64,000 nt of DNA from Tannerellaceae bacterium (GCA_031264865.1 JAISDJ010000031.1:9553-73552), one strand, 5' to 3'. Shown: positions 48,229 to 59,370, numbered from the stretch's first letter. Numbers and translations: made by a program. Notes: generated by a model from the letters alone, not told the origin.

Positions 48229-49485
48229 TTAACTATTCCAGGGTGAACGAATCGGCTGATCCAGTAAACGGTTTGCCGCCTCGTCATTGATAAATTCCAG
48301 TTTCACAGGATCGAAATGAAGTGTCCGGTTCAAGCGTAAAGCGATAGTTCCCATATTAATAATCGTAGCCGAACGGAATCCGTTTCTTTCATTCAAGGCA
48401 AAAGGCTGGCGCGTCTTTACACATTCAATAAAATCGGTTACCTGTGGTTCGGGTTCCGGGAAACCGGCCAGTTTCTTTTCCCAGTTAGGGATATCACAAA
48501 CAAAGTTCTTATAAACATTTCCGTTCGGGCCCGAAATATAGGGCGTATCTGGGTCGCCGTAATCACCTCCCCAAAGAATGATCTGGCAACCGTCGTCATA
48601 GGTATACGTAATCGTTTGCCAGGTTCCTACTGCATCCGGATGTTGCTGCGGAGCATCTACTTCTACTTTAACAGGGCTGGTATGGTCTTTATTTAAGAAA
48701 TATTGGACAGGATCGATATAATGTTGTCCCATATCACCTAAACCGCCGCCATCATAATCCCAATATCCGCGGAATGTCTGGTGAACGCGATGTTCATTAT
48801 AAGGTTTATAAGGAGCCGGGCCTAACCAGAAATCATAATCCAGTTCTGCCGGTACGGGTTGAGGTTCGAGATAATCTTTACCCACCCAGTAGAATTTCCA
48901 ATCGAAACCGGTATGTTTACTGATTGTAACCTTTAATGGCCAACCCAATAAACCGCTTTGAACTAATTTTTTAAGCGGTTTGACCGGAGTACCCAATCCA
49001 TAAAATTGGTCTTCAAAACGGAACCAGGTGTTCAGGCGAAACATTCTCCCATATTGTTTAACTGCTTCCATCACCCGTTTACCTTCGCCGATAGTACGAG
49101 TCATAGGTTTTTCGCACCAGATGTCTTTCCCTGCTTTAGCAGCCTCTACAGACATAATACCATGCCAGTGCGGAGGCGTGGCAATATGTACAATGTCTAC
49201 ATTCGGATCCAGAATCAAATCCCGGAAATCATGGTAAGCTGCAATGTTGCCCTGTACCAGTTTTTTCCCCAGTTCCAGATGATTTTTATCTACATCACAC
49301 ACGGCAACCAGCCGCGTACCTGCATAGTTGACATGCCCACGCCCCATGCCACCTGTACCGATAATACCTTTTGTTAATTGATCACTTGGGGCAAGATAGC
49401 CGTTCCCCAAGACATGCCGCGGCACAATAGTCAATGCCGCTATTCCTCCGAGGGCTTTTAAGAACTCTCTTCTGTTTGTTCTCAT
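48229..49485 (-). CDS. Gfo/Idh/MocA oxidoreductase with Tat signal
   Basis: 'NRREFLK'; 'GTGGMG'; 'ATPPHWH'; 'CEKP'; 'DMGQHYID'. Confidence 0.9.
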   Translation of the reverse strand: MRTNRREFLKALGGIAALTIVPRHVLGNGYLAPSDQLTKGIIGTGGMGRGHVNYAGTRLVAVCDVDKNHLELGKKLVQGNIAAYHDFRDLILDPNVDIVHIATPPHWHGIMSVEAAKAGKDIWCEKPMTRTIGEGKRVMEAVKQYGRMFRLNTWFRFEDQFYGLGTPVKPLKKLVQSGLLGWPLKVTISKHTGFDWKFYWVGKDYLEPQPVPAELDYDFWLGPAPYKPYNEHRVHQTFRGYWDYDGGGLGDMGQHYIDPVQYFLNKDHTSPVKVEVDAPQQHPDAVGTWQTITYTYDDGCQIILWGGDYGDPDTPYISGPNGNVYKNFVCDIPNWEKKLAGFPEPEPQVTDFIECVKTRQPFALNERNGFRSATIINMGTIALRLNRTLHFDPVKLEFINDEAANRLLDQPIRSPWNS

Positions 49486-49578
49486 AGCTGATATTTATAT
49501 TAAACTTAATGATAATTTTCACAATGAGTTGTAAAAGTATTAAATATATTTCAAATACAACGGCGCATTATTTAAAAT

Positions 49579-49613
49579 TAAGAAGGAGCTGAACGAATAA
49601 CGGCTCCTTCTTA
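49579..49613. terminator. Stem-loop/terminator after susD
   Basis: taagaaggagc/gctccttctta 11-bp stem. Confidence 0.6.
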
Positions 49614-49619
49614 TATTAT

Positions 49620-51149
49620 TTAATACCCCGGGTTTTGTTTCAGTTTTGAATTAAGGGATATCTCACTGTCTGGTATTGGTAATAAATTATCCTTTTCCGG
49701 ATTATATCCATTCGGGAATTTTGTTTGAACCAGTTCACCTAAGCCACCTATAACATCGCACGGATAAAACTCAGGCCCTGCATTCCATCGCTTGATGTCG
49801 TCCCAGAACTGGCCTTCCAAAGCCAATTCGATACGGCGTTCGTGGCGTAGTTTCTTACGGGCCTCAGCCTGACTCAATCCTTTAGGAATGAGAGGTAGCT
49901 TGACGTCTTCGCGTTCTGTGCGGATACGGTTGATAATATCGATAGCTCCATCGATATTGCCATTGGTTTCAATCATAGCTTCCGCACGGCAGAGTAATAC
50001 ATCACCGTAACGAAGAATCATGAAATCCAACGGCGATTGATTGGAAACCACTTGCATCGTTTCTATGGTATATTTACGAATGCCGAATCCTACCCGTTGT
50101 CCGGTATGATTTCTTATTTCATCAGGATAAAGTTGTCTTTGAAAATAAGCTCCCGGACGGAGAATCGTAAAGTCTAACCGGGGATCTCGGTTATGATACG
50201 GATTATTAGGATCGACAGGTGAACCATCGAGTGTTTCATATTGATCAACCAATATTTGTGTCGGGGCTACAGAGTTGGAACCATCAATTCCGTATTTCAG
50301 ATTCTGGGGCTGCCAGTAACGATCGAAAACACTTCCTTGCGAGAAGGCCCCATTCATAAAGCATAGAGGAAATAACGTTTCATTGTTCCCTTCATTTTCA
50401 TATTGGAATAAGCCATAATAGGAAGGAAACAGTTTATATTTGCCTAAGGCATCTATCTTGTCGCAAAACTCCAATACCTTGTCCCATTGCAATGTAAATA
50501 AATAGGCTTTCATTTTCATACCGTAAGCAGCGCCCAATGTAGCATGTCCGTTTACTGAAGCTTCTTTTGGCAAACGTTTGATTGCTTCGTCGAAATCTGC
50601 ATGAACCTGTGTCCATGTCTCTTCTTTATCGGCGCGTGAAACATTGCGGGCTTCTTCGGAAGTAATTGTTTTCGTTATAATGGGAACACCGCCGTACGAC
50701 CGGACTAAAAGGTCGTAAAACAAGGCCCGTAAAAAGTAAACTTCGCCGATCATAACCTCTTTTTGGGCCGGATCCATATTGAGAACATTATCTATATTTT
50801 CAAAGAAATAATTCGCCCTGTATATTCCATTATAACAATATTTCCAACGGTCGGATACAATTGCCCCCGAACCGGAAAAAATAGAGCCGTCGCCTACCTG
50901 CATTTGTTGTCCTTCCCAGTGTGCCCATTGATAGGCATTGGGCGTACAGGCATCATAGCCTCCTCCATATCCATATACATAATTGTTTCGTAATACATTA
51001 TATATTCCGTTTAATGCTAAATCAGCATCTGCGGCGGTAGTCCAGAACGTTCCACTGGTAATTTTATCATCAGGAAGAATAGTATCGAGGTAATCTTCAC
51101 ACGAACTGCATAAAAACAGTACTATCAAAAGAAATATAATCTTTTTCAT
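49620..51149 (-). CDS. SusD/RagB family lipoprotein
   Basis: Lipoprotein signal 'CSSC'; 'GEVYFLRA', 'RYGDVLL', 'ERRIELALEG', 'QNPGY'; start ATG 51149. Confidence 0.93.
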   Translation of the reverse strand: MKKIIFLLIVLFLCSSCEDYLDTILPDDKITSGTFWTTAADADLALNGIYNVLRNNYVYGYGGGYDACTPNAYQWAHWEGQQMQVGDGSIFSGSGAIVSDRWKYCYNGIYRANYFFENIDNVLNMDPAQKEVMIGEVYFLRALFYDLLVRSYGGVPIITKTITSEEARNVSRADKEETWTQVHADFDEAIKRLPKEASVNGHATLGAAYGMKMKAYLFTLQWDKVLEFCDKIDALGKYKLFPSYYGLFQYENEGNNETLFPLCFMNGAFSQGSVFDRYWQPQNLKYGIDGSNSVAPTQILVDQYETLDGSPVDPNNPYHNRDPRLDFTILRPGAYFQRQLYPDEIRNHTGQRVGFGIRKYTIETMQVVSNQSPLDFMILRYGDVLLCRAEAMIETNGNIDGAIDIINRIRTEREDVKLPLIPKGLSQAEARKKLRHERRIELALEGQFWDDIKRWNAGPEFYPCDVIGGLGELVQTKFPNGYNPEKDNLLPIPDSEISLNSKLKQNPGY

Positions 51150-51177
51150 ATTCTTAATTCTTAGGATTGGACATTTT

Positions 51178-54100
51178 TTAGAAAGTAACATTCAAACCAA
51201 ATGTAAATATCCGGGAAGTCGGATAATGGTTATATCCGTCGGAAAAAGGATCTCTTTCAGGATTGAATCCTTCATATTTACTGCTTACCAAAGTAAACAG
51301 ATCGGTGGCATTGGCATAAATGTACAGTCTTTGTAGGAACATTTTTTGTGTGATTTCCTTAGGTAAGGCATATCCAATCTGAATGTTTTTCAACTTAAGC
51401 CATGACATGTTACATGCCCAGAAGGAAGATTGCTGACGATTCCATGTATCATTTACCTTGATTTGTGGTAATTCGTTCGAATGGTTAGCCGGTGTCCAGG
51501 CATCATACCATCTTTTAGTTATGGTGCCACCTGATATACCTAAAGGTTCAGTCCATGCATTCTGGAAATAACCGTTTAAGCCGGCCATACCGGTGAACTG
51601 AAGATTAAGATTGAAATTCTTCCAACTTAATTCCGCATTCAGTCCATAGGTGAATTTAGGAATTGTATTACCGATTTCCTGTTTGTCTCGATAATCTAGT
51701 TTTCCGTCTCCATTTACATCTCTATATTTTATGTCTCCGGCTACCGGCATGTATCCATTGCTATGCATGTGTTGTTTGGCTTCTTCATTTGTTTGGTAAA
51801 TTCCGTCGAAAATAAAACCATACAATGTTTTATATGAATATCCTTCTCTTATCAGATAGAGTTGGTCGGGTGATTGACCTCCTCTGAATTTGGTAACTTC
51901 GTTATCAATATATGTAATATTTCCACCTACCCGATACGAAAAGTCGGCGCTGGGGATTCTGTCGTTCCAGCTTATGTTGAGTTCGAAACCATTGTTTTTC
52001 ATTTCACCTACATTTTCAAAAGGAGCTGTCATATTACCCAAAACGGAAGGAATAGGAAGCTGAACGATGATGTCAGTCGTTTTGCGTGCAAAATAATCAG
52101 CTTCAATGTTCAACCTGTTTTTCAGAAAACCTAAATCAATGCCGATATCTGTAGTTGTAGTTGTTTCCCACGTGATTCGGGGATCTACCAGACTGGTGAC
52201 CGCCGCACCGGGAGCCAACGTATTATTAAAGTTGTAGCTGGTTTTGTAGTCTTGTGTCAGTACTGTCAGATAAGGGAAATAATCGCTGTTAGACTCACTC
52301 CCGATATTTTGATTACCGAGTTTCCCCCAAGAGGCACGTATCTTTAGATTATCGAATAATCCCAGATTTTTAATGAAGCGTTCTTCCCCTAAACGCCATC
52401 CGGCAGAGAAAGAGGGAAAATATCCCCAACGGTTACCTTTCGCAAACCGGGAAGAAGCATCGGCACGCAGGTTCACTTCTATCAGATATTTACCCATCAA
52501 TGCATAGTTAACCCTACCAAAATAAGATAACATACGCCATTGGTATTTATTACCGTCTGCTGTTGGATTCATGGTTCCCGAGCTGACCTGGTGTAGGTTT
52601 TCTTTCGACGGATCGGTTTTTTGTGCGGTGGTTGTCCGTTTCGTTAATGCCTCTTGCTGGAAACCTAATACAGCGGAAATATCATGTATTTCAGCGAATA
52701 TGCGGTTAAAGTTCAGGTTTGCATAAAATGTAGAATAATATTCGTCAGCCACCTCACGTATAACATTTAAAGTAGAAGGATAATCCAACGGTTTTGTTTG
52801 ATTGCTTCCATTCAGGTCTGTGTAACAAAAGGCCGTCTGGTTATAGCGGTCATTGTTATTTGTATTATACTGTCCGCTATATTGCGCCGTTAAACTGAAT
52901 CCTTTCATGAAATCGACGGTAGCGTATACGTTACCTTTCATGAAATTGTTGATTCGTTGGCGTTCACCGTTATATAAGTCGGGGAACGGATTACGGGTAT
53001 CTACAATCGGTTGTCCAGCTTTTTCTCCCGACATATACAATGCCTGCGTACCTCCATAGGTTTTACCATCTTGTAGGTAAGGTGTAGAGAATGGATGTCC
53101 GTTTGCCATCATGTAAATAACACGTTCGATACCTTGGTATGCATCTGTCGTAGTCTTGCGCATGAGGCGGGCTCTTCCTCCTAATTTTAACCAGTCATTG
53201 ACTTTTGTCTCATTATTCAAGGTAAGACTATACCGTTCGGAACCGGAATTTTTAATAATTCCATCATCCTTCAGATAAGATAACGAAACATAATTGGTAG
53301 ATTTTTTACCACCGGCAGTAGCTGAGATATTATGCTGTGTAGTGAGGGCTGTACGGAGTACTTCGTCGAAATAGTTTGTACTTGGGTATTTGTAAGGATC
53401 GTTTCCCGTTTCAAATGCTTGTATAACATCGTCTGGGAAAAGCGGATCACTACCGCTATTTATGAAAGCGCTGTTCCACAAGCGCATATATTCCGGACTA
53501 TTAGTAATTAAATCATATTTTTTCGATATATTCTTGATTCCCACATATCCGTTGTAGTTGATAGATACTCGATCAACGTCCCCTCGTTTCGTTTCGATCA
53601 GAATTACACCATTGGCAGCACGTGAACCGTAGATTGCAGCAGAAGCCGCATCTTTCAACACGGTTATGGAGGCGATGTCGTTCGGATTTAATTCTGCCAG
53701 TCGCCCTTCTATACCGTCGATAAGGATTAACGGATCGGTATTGTTTAATGTTCCGTATCCTCTTACTCGTATGGTTGCACCGTCGGAACCGGGTTCTCCG
53801 GAGTTTTGGCTTACCCAAAGTCCGGTCATTTTTCCTGAAAGGGCTTGTGATGGATTTGTAATTGGACGGTTTTCTAATTCCTGATCATACCTTACGGTTG
53901 AAACCGACCCTGTCAGGTTCGCTTTCTTTTGCGTACCGTATCCTACAACTACAACTTCATCCAGCGCTTGTGTATCATCTACTAAAACAATATCAAGCGA
54001 TGTTTTCCCTTCTACATTTACCAACTGTTCTATATATCCGATGTAGGATACAACCAATATGCTTGTTTGTGGAACATTGGCAAGCGTAAATTCACCATTT

Positions 54101-54621
54101 ATATCGGTTATCGTACCATTTATAGTTCCTCTGACAATAACATTGGCTCCTATTATCGGTTCATTGAATGAATCGACGACTTTTCCCTTTATGGAATGTT
54201 GCTGAAGAATTACAGGAACAGGTTGTCCGTTTTTTTTCTGAATCAGTTCTGTCTTATCATCTTTCAGGAAGATACGATTGTTTTGCACTTTAAAAGAAAT
54301 ATCCATGTTTTTAAAGATTACATTCAAAACATTTTCAATAGGCTCATTTTTAACATGGATATTCACGTCATTTATTTCTCTGTTTAAGATGACAACATCA
54401 TATGAAAATTCATATCCGGTTTGTGTACTAATACTATTTATTACATTTGCGACAGTCGTCTTTTCAAGAGATAATTCAAGGTTAATATACTGCGAATATG
54501 TATTGTTAGCTACTATAGGAAAGACAAAGAAAAAAAGTACTAACGTAATTTTTATTGTTCTTATAAAACTATATCCGGGTAATAGAAATTGAATGCCGGG
54601 TGCATTGTTGCATTTGTTCAT
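51178..54621 (-). CDS. SusC/RagA TonB-dependent transporter with N-terminal STN signalling extension
   Basis: 'VVVGYGTQKK', 'LKDAASAAIYGSRAANGVI', C-terminal 'GLNVTF'. Confidence 0.95.
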   Translation of the reverse strand: MNKCNNAPGIQFLLPGYSFIRTIKITLVLFFFVFPIVANNTYSQYINLELSLEKTTVANVINSISTQTGYEFSYDVVILNREINDVNIHVKNEPIENVLNVIFKNMDISFKVQNNRIFLKDDKTELIQKKNGQPVPVILQQHSIKGKVVDSFNEPIIGANVIVRGTINGTITDINGEFTLANVPQTSILVVSYIGYIEQLVNVEGKTSLDIVLVDDTQALDEVVVVGYGTQKKANLTGSVSTVRYDQELENRPITNPSQALSGKMTGLWVSQNSGEPGSDGATIRVRGYGTLNNTDPLILIDGIEGRLAELNPNDIASITVLKDAASAAIYGSRAANGVILIETKRGDVDRVSINYNGYVGIKNISKKYDLITNSPEYMRLWNSAFINSGSDPLFPDDVIQAFETGNDPYKYPSTNYFDEVLRTALTTQHNISATAGGKKSTNYVSLSYLKDDGIIKNSGSERYSLTLNNETKVNDWLKLGGRARLMRKTTTDAYQGIERVIYMMANGHPFSTPYLQDGKTYGGTQALYMSGEKAGQPIVDTRNPFPDLYNGERQRINNFMKGNVYATVDFMKGFSLTAQYSGQYNTNNNDRYNQTAFCYTDLNGSNQTKPLDYPSTLNVIREVADEYYSTFYANLNFNRIFAEIHDISAVLGFQQEALTKRTTTAQKTDPSKENLHQVSSGTMNPTADGNKYQWRMLSYFGRVNYALMGKYLIEVNLRADASSRFAKGNRWGYFPSFSAGWRLGEERFIKNLGLFDNLKIRASWGKLGNQNIGSESNSDYFPYLTVLTQDYKTSYNFNNTLAPGAAVTSLVDPRITWETTTTTDIGIDLGFLKNRLNIEADYFARKTTDIIVQLPIPSVLGNMTAPFENVGEMKNNGFELNISWNDRIPSADFSYRVGGNITYIDNEVTKFRGGQSPDQLYLIREGYSYKTLYGFIFDGIYQTNEEAKQHMHSNGYMPVAGDIKYRDVNGDGKLDYRDKQEIGNTIPKFTYGLNAELSWKNFNLNLQFTGMAGLNGYFQNAWTEPLGISGGTITKRWYDAWTPANHSNELPQIKVNDTWNRQQSSFWACNMSWLKLKNIQIGYALPKEITQKMFLQRLYIYANATDLFTLVSSKYEGFNPERDPFSDGYNHYPTSRIFTFGLNVTF

Positions 54622-54721
54622 AACATAATATTTAAGTTTATAATTAAAAATTTATCTCAATCGGCAAGTTACAAATACAAATAAGCATTTTTTAATTCTT
54701 CATAGGCAACAAATTTTAATG

Positions 54722-55696
54722 TTATTCACTAATAAAAACTTCATTTCCCTCAATACGATATTGGATAGGCGCCAAGTATTTCAAAATATCCAATACTTCT
54801 TCTAATGATTCATCTTTATTGATTACATAGCGATATCTTCTTTCTGCTAATTTTTTTGACTCCAAATTGATATTTACATTAAATTTCACGGACAGTTTAT
54901 TGACAATTTCCCTTAACGTTGCATTTTCGAGTATGAATTGGGCTAAATGCCATGCCGTACGTACGTTTGTGTCAATATTTTCAATAGTATATTCTTTGTT
55001 TGTGGGGCTATAGGTTACTTTTTCGCCTGGCGACATTTGGTAAACGGTGTTATCATTTTTGTCGAACAAGGTAACTTTTCCGGAAGCGAGAGTGGTTTCC
55101 ACATCTTTATTCTTTCCTGTCGTCTTTACGTTGAATGATGTTCCCAGTACTTTTATTTTTAGCTGGTCTGTCGATACCAAGAATGAACCTGAACCTACTG
55201 GTCTTTTGCAAATTTCGAAATAAGCTTCTCCATCGAGTATAACCTGGCGTTTTTCTACAGAAAAGGAAGTCGGAACTTTCAGTGTGGAGGAACAATTTAG
55301 CCAAACATTTGAACCATCGTCAAGTGGAATTTTCCGTATATTGTCTCCGGCATTTACTTTGTAAACGATATATGTTTCTTCTTTTTTAATTGAGATCTTG
55401 CCAAGAAACGCTATAGATATGGCCAAAAGTACGACAGCGGCATATTTAAAAACCGTTCGTAGCAAACGTCTGCGCGATGTTGCTGTAACCCGTTTATTAA
55501 AGTGAGAAAATGCTTTGTCTATATTTTCAGGTGTGTGATAGTACTCGAATTTCCGTCTGATTCTTAATTGGACTAATTCATTGAAAATACCTTCATTCTC
55601 TCCGCTTTCCTTCCTCCAGGCCATTAAAGCCTCCAATTCCTGCGGAGATAAATCCCCGATAATATAGTTGACTAATAATCTATGATCAAAATCCAT
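54722..55696 (-). CDS. FecR-family anti-sigma factor
   Basis: TM helix; 'LDDGSNVWLN', 'GEAYFE', 'VLGTSFNV'. Confidence 0.92.
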   Translation of the reverse strand: MDFDHRLLVNYIIGDLSPQELEALMAWRKESGENEGIFNELVQLRIRRKFEYYHTPENIDKAFSHFNKRVTATSRRRLLRTVFKYAAVVLLAISIAFLGKISIKKEETYIVYKVNAGDNIRKIPLDDGSNVWLNCSSTLKVPTSFSVEKRQVILDGEAYFEICKRPVGSGSFLVSTDQLKIKVLGTSFNVKTTGKNKDVETTLASGKVTLFDKNDNTVYQMSPGEKVTYSPTNKEYTIENIDTNVRTAWHLAQFILENATLREIVNKLSVKFNVNINLESKKLAERRYRYVINKDESLEEVLDILKYLAPIQYRIEGNEVFISE

Positions 55697-55898
55697 TTTT
55701 CTTCTTTTATACCGGCAAAACGTATGACGGATAAAAACTACGGAGAAGAAACTTGTTTTTTTGCTTTTTTGTTTTTCTGGTTGACAAATTTTAATTCTAC
55801 TTTAACACATCAATGCGTTTTGCATTTTACGATAGTTATATTTCTTTTTGAGAATATTATTATTTTTGATAAACAGGAATAAATGTGTTAAAGTAGAA

Positions 55899-56498
55899 TT
55901 AATAAACTATTTTGAAAAAAAGTAATAATAAGAAGAAATCGTTCTTTGACATATGAGATTTCAAATATTTTACGGTTAAATAAATGTGGCTTTCGACAGT
56001 CCGTTGAGGCATACCTAATGTTTCGGCAATCTCTTTTGCTTTCATTCCTTTAAAATAAGTCATAATGAAAACCTCTCTGCGTTCGGGAGGTATTTCATTG
56101 AGAAGGCAATACAAACGTTCATAAAAATCTTTGGCATACAATGACTTGATGGTTTTACAATCATCATCCAGTAATAAACGATACTTTTCAATATACTCGT
56201 TGAAAGTCTGCTGATTATACTTCTTGATATTGTGAGTTTTTCTGAAATAATCTAAACAGCGGGTATAGGCGGCTTGAAACAAGTAAGAATGAAACCCCTC
56301 TTCTAACGACAATTTTTTATGATTTTCCCATACATATAAGAATACATCCTGGGTAATGTCTTCGGCTACATTATCTTCAACGATAGACGAAACATATGCT
56401 ATTACTCTGGGATAATAGTAATGAAATAGTTTAATAAAAGATTCACGAGAGTCTTTTTTCTGTTCTGACGATATATTATTTCCAGGTACAATATTCAC
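55899..56498 (-). CDS. ECF RNA polymerase sigma-70 factor
   Basis: 'AEDITQDVFLYVW' and 'KEIAETLGMPQRTVESH'. Confidence 0.92.
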   Translation of the reverse strand: MNIVPGNNISSEQKKDSRESFIKLFHYYYPRVIAYVSSIVEDNVAEDITQDVFLYVWENHKKLSLEEGFHSYLFQAAYTRCLDYFRKTHNIKKYNQQTFNEYIEKYRLLLDDDCKTIKSLYAKDFYERLYCLLNEIPPERREVFIMTYFKGMKAKEIAETLGMPQRTVESHIYLTVKYLKSHMSKNDFFLLLLFFKIVY

Positions 56499-56593
56499 AA
56501 ATAATAGGCTTTCTGATATACTTTTTTCGGAACAATAAAATACAAACGTACAAAAAATTATACGATGTGATTGGCATTATATGAAAATAATAA

Positions 56594-57829
56594 TTACCGC
56601 TTGATCAGGAATGATGTATTGAAACGCAAATAAGCGCCGACAGAAAAACTGGTAGAAGCTTTTTTATTGAAGCTACCTTCGGGAGTATGGATTACTGTAG
56701 GTAAATGTTGGAATATATCGAGATCAATACCGAATGAACTACCCTTGCCGAAACTTTTGGAATACTCGAGACCGAGTATGAGCATTTGAGTATTTTTGAA
56801 TGTAAAATCGTTTTTAGATGTAGAGACTGCTCCGTAAAGGGGGTTGCCCAGCATGGAAATAAAGTTGTCGCATCGCTGGTAAGCAGCATCTACACTGAAA
56901 TCGGCAATGTTGGCCGAAACGCGGGCATAGGTTCCTGTACCGTTGTCGAATGGCCATAAGTTGCCGGCCTGCTGGTAATAACCTGTCGCATCTAACTCTA
57001 CATTTATATTTTTCAGTTTACCTCTGTTTATATTCCAGATAGCGCCAACTCCTACAACTCCATTCATAAATGTTTGTACAGAGTTTGTCGTAATGGTGTC
57101 GATTTCTCCGCCTCGATGCTGGATTAATGCCTGAATAGGAGAATAGAAGTGAACAACTGCATCTTCCGTATTATATTTAATGCGCGAAGAAAGTCCTGTC
57201 ACAAAAGATTCCTGGTGCGTATCCATATCGAATATGAAACTCTGCCAGTCTACCCAGGCATCTGCGTCTACAAGCCGTGAATGGTAAAGCACCTGGACTC
57301 CCACTTCAGGGTCGGCCATCAAGTTTAGTTCAGGATTATAAAGGGGTTCTATCAGGAGGTGATTAGCTCCACTATAGATATTTCCGAAAATCAAATGGAG
57401 ATGATCAGACAATTGGAGTTGCGCTCGCAGATAAGGGAGCGAGTGGAAGCCTTTTTGATATTGATTCCCTTTCCACCAGGCAATATCCTGGTAAGCATAG
57501 TTCGGATATTTATTCGCCCCCCAGAAGCGTAATATATGAACTCCGGCTTCCAATCGGAGTATATCAAGCGGTTGGTAGGTTAGTTTGAGTTGCGCCCAAA
57601 AACCTGGAAGGCTGTATCCTTTCAGGAAATCATTGTCGAACTCATTATTTTTAAAGAAATTCAAATTATTGAACGCTATGCGCAATTCGTTCGTTTGTTC
57701 CGGGTTTATATTGTAATCGGTCTTGAAGACCTTATCATTGATTTGTGCTTGTAATGAATCGGAAACGAATAGTAAAAGACAGAAGGCAAGGAATATCCTG
57801 CAAAATAAGATATATTTTTTTATCGTCAT
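56594..57829 (-). CDS. Hypothetical exported protein, probable outer-membrane beta-barrel
   Basis: Signal peptide; aromatic-rich amphipathic strands. Confidence 0.6.
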   Translation of the reverse strand: MTIKKYILFCRIFLAFCLLLFVSDSLQAQINDKVFKTDYNINPEQTNELRIAFNNLNFFKNNEFDNDFLKGYSLPGFWAQLKLTYQPLDILRLEAGVHILRFWGANKYPNYAYQDIAWWKGNQYQKGFHSLPYLRAQLQLSDHLHLIFGNIYSGANHLLIEPLYNPELNLMADPEVGVQVLYHSRLVDADAWVDWQSFIFDMDTHQESFVTGLSSRIKYNTEDAVVHFYSPIQALIQHRGGEIDTITTNSVQTFMNGVVGVGAIWNINRGKLKNINVELDATGYYQQAGNLWPFDNGTGTYARVSANIADFSVDAAYQRCDNFISMLGNPLYGAVSTSKNDFTFKNTQMLILGLEYSKSFGKGSSFGIDLDIFQHLPTVIHTPEGSFNKKASTSFSVGAYLRFNTSFLIKR

Positions 57830-57874
57830 GGTTTCTTTATTTTATACAAATATAAGAAAAATTGGTATATTTAT

Positions 57875-57910
57875 AAAAAAAAGAGGCAATCTCTTTTAGG
57901 AGACGCCTCT
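57875..57910 (-). terminator. Intrinsic terminator after the RRM gene
   Basis: agaggc..tctc/gaga..gcctct hairpin with an A-tract on the left. Confidence 0.55.
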
Positions 57911-57940
57911 ATCATACCGTGGATTAAAGTGGTTCTTAAC

Positions 57941-58186
57941 TCAACGTTTAGGAATTGCTTCTTTAACAACCATTTGGCGGCCTTCGTATTCAGCGCCGTT
58001 TAAATCTTCGATTGCTCTTCTTGCTTCGGCTTCATTAGGAAGTTCTGCAAATGCAAAACCTATTGACCTGTTTGTATCACGATCAATAATTAATTTTACG
58101 GAGTCTACCGTTCCGTAATCTTCCAGAATTTGTTGTAATTCTGATTCTCTAACCCGATAGTTCAGGTTACCAATGTAAATGTTCAT
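57941..58186 (-). CDS. RRM RNA-binding protein (Bacteroides RbpA/B-like)
   Basis: RNP2 'IYIGNL' and RNP1-like 'IGFAFAEL'. Confidence 0.92.
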   Translation of the reverse strand: MNIYIGNLNYRVRESELQQILEDYGTVDSVKLIIDRDTNRSIGFAFAELPNEAEARRAIEDLNGAEYEGRQMVVKEAIPKR

Positions 58187-58413
58187 AAAAAAAATAATAA
58201 GTAAATAAATTAAATAAATCTATTAAACAAGTAGAATTCAGGTTGGTCTATTTCTTCATGAACATAATATACAATAATGATACAAGAGAGAAAGAACAAA
58301 TAGAATATCGATTGTTTGAATAACATCGCAAAGGAAGACATAATAATTGGATTTCCAAGTAAAAACGATTTAATTTTTACTATTTTTGTTCATTTTCAAA
58401 AAAAAATTAGACC

Positions 58414-59316
58414 ATGAAGGCACAAAAACTTTACTGTATAGGCCATATTACATTAGATAAAATAGTAACTCCAAGGCAAACGGTGCATATGCCGGGAGGT
58501 ACGGCCTTTTATTTTTCCAAAGCGATCAACAGTTTTGAAGATATTGATTTTTCATTATTGACGGCCGTTGGTGAATCGGAGATGCATGAAGTAGATAAAC
58601 TACGTTCGATAGGAATAGATGTATCAGTGATGCCAAGCAAGCATTCGGTATGTTTTGAAAATATCTATGGCGAAAACCAGGATAATCGAACGCAACGTGT
58701 TTCTGCTAAAGCTGATCCTTTTACTATTGATTACCTGAAGGATATTGAAGCATCTTATATCTTGTTAGGCTCTTTACTTGCCGACGACTTTTCGTTGGAC
58801 GTTTTAAAATATTTATCAGAAAAAAGCCTGATTGCTATTGACGTGCAGGGATATTTGCGTGAAGTGCGTGATGAGAAAGTATATGCCATTGACTGGAAAG
58901 ATAAGCTGGAAGCATTAAAATATATCCATGTATTGAAAGCTAACGAACATGAAATGGAAGTATTAACAGGTTTTTCTGATGTGAAAAGCGCAGCAAAACA
59001 GTTATATGACTGGGGAGTGAAGGAGTCGTTGATTACATTAGGCAGCTTGGGCTCCGTTATTTATGATGGAAATACCTATTATAAAATACCGGCCTATAAA
59101 CCAAAAGAAGCCATTGACGCCACCGGTTGTGGCGATACATATGTTACAGGTTATCTGTATAGGAGAGCAAAAGGAGATAGCATAGAGAAATCAGGACAGT
59201 TCGCAGCAGCCATGTCTACATTGAAATTAGAACGTTCCGGTCCTTTTAATGGAAGCAAAGACGACATTTTTCGATGTATGCAAACAGCCGAACAGCGACT
59301 ACCGATTATCGACTAA
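58414..59316 (+). CDS. PfkB family carbohydrate kinase
   Basis: 'PGGTA', 'KANEHE', 'DATGCGD'. Confidence 0.9.
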   Translation: MKAQKLYCIGHITLDKIVTPRQTVHMPGGTAFYFSKAINSFEDIDFSLLTAVGESEMHEVDKLRSIGIDVSVMPSKHSVCFENIYGENQDNRTQRVSAKADPFTIDYLKDIEASYILLGSLLADDFSLDVLKYLSEKSLIAIDVQGYLREVRDEKVYAIDWKDKLEALKYIHVLKANEHEMEVLTGFSDVKSAAKQLYDWGVKESLITLGSLGSVIYDGNTYYKIPAYKPKEAIDATGCGDTYVTGYLYRRAKGDSIEKSGQFAAAMSTLKLERSGPFNGSKDDIFRCMQTAEQRLPIID

Positions 59317-59336
59317 AAACACTAAAGAAGATACAC

Positions 59337-59370
59337 AAAAAACAACCGTTACATCATATGTAACAGTTGT
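59337..59370. terminator. Terminator between the pfkB gene and the tRNA
   Basis: acaaccgttacat/atgtaacagttgt stem flanked by A- and T-tracts. Confidence 0.6.

Noticed and set aside
24568-51191. Longest-ORF starts for glpF (24568), hyaA (29416), hypB (38274) and susD (51191)
   Set aside because: They overlap upstream genes; downstream ATGs give family-typical N-termini
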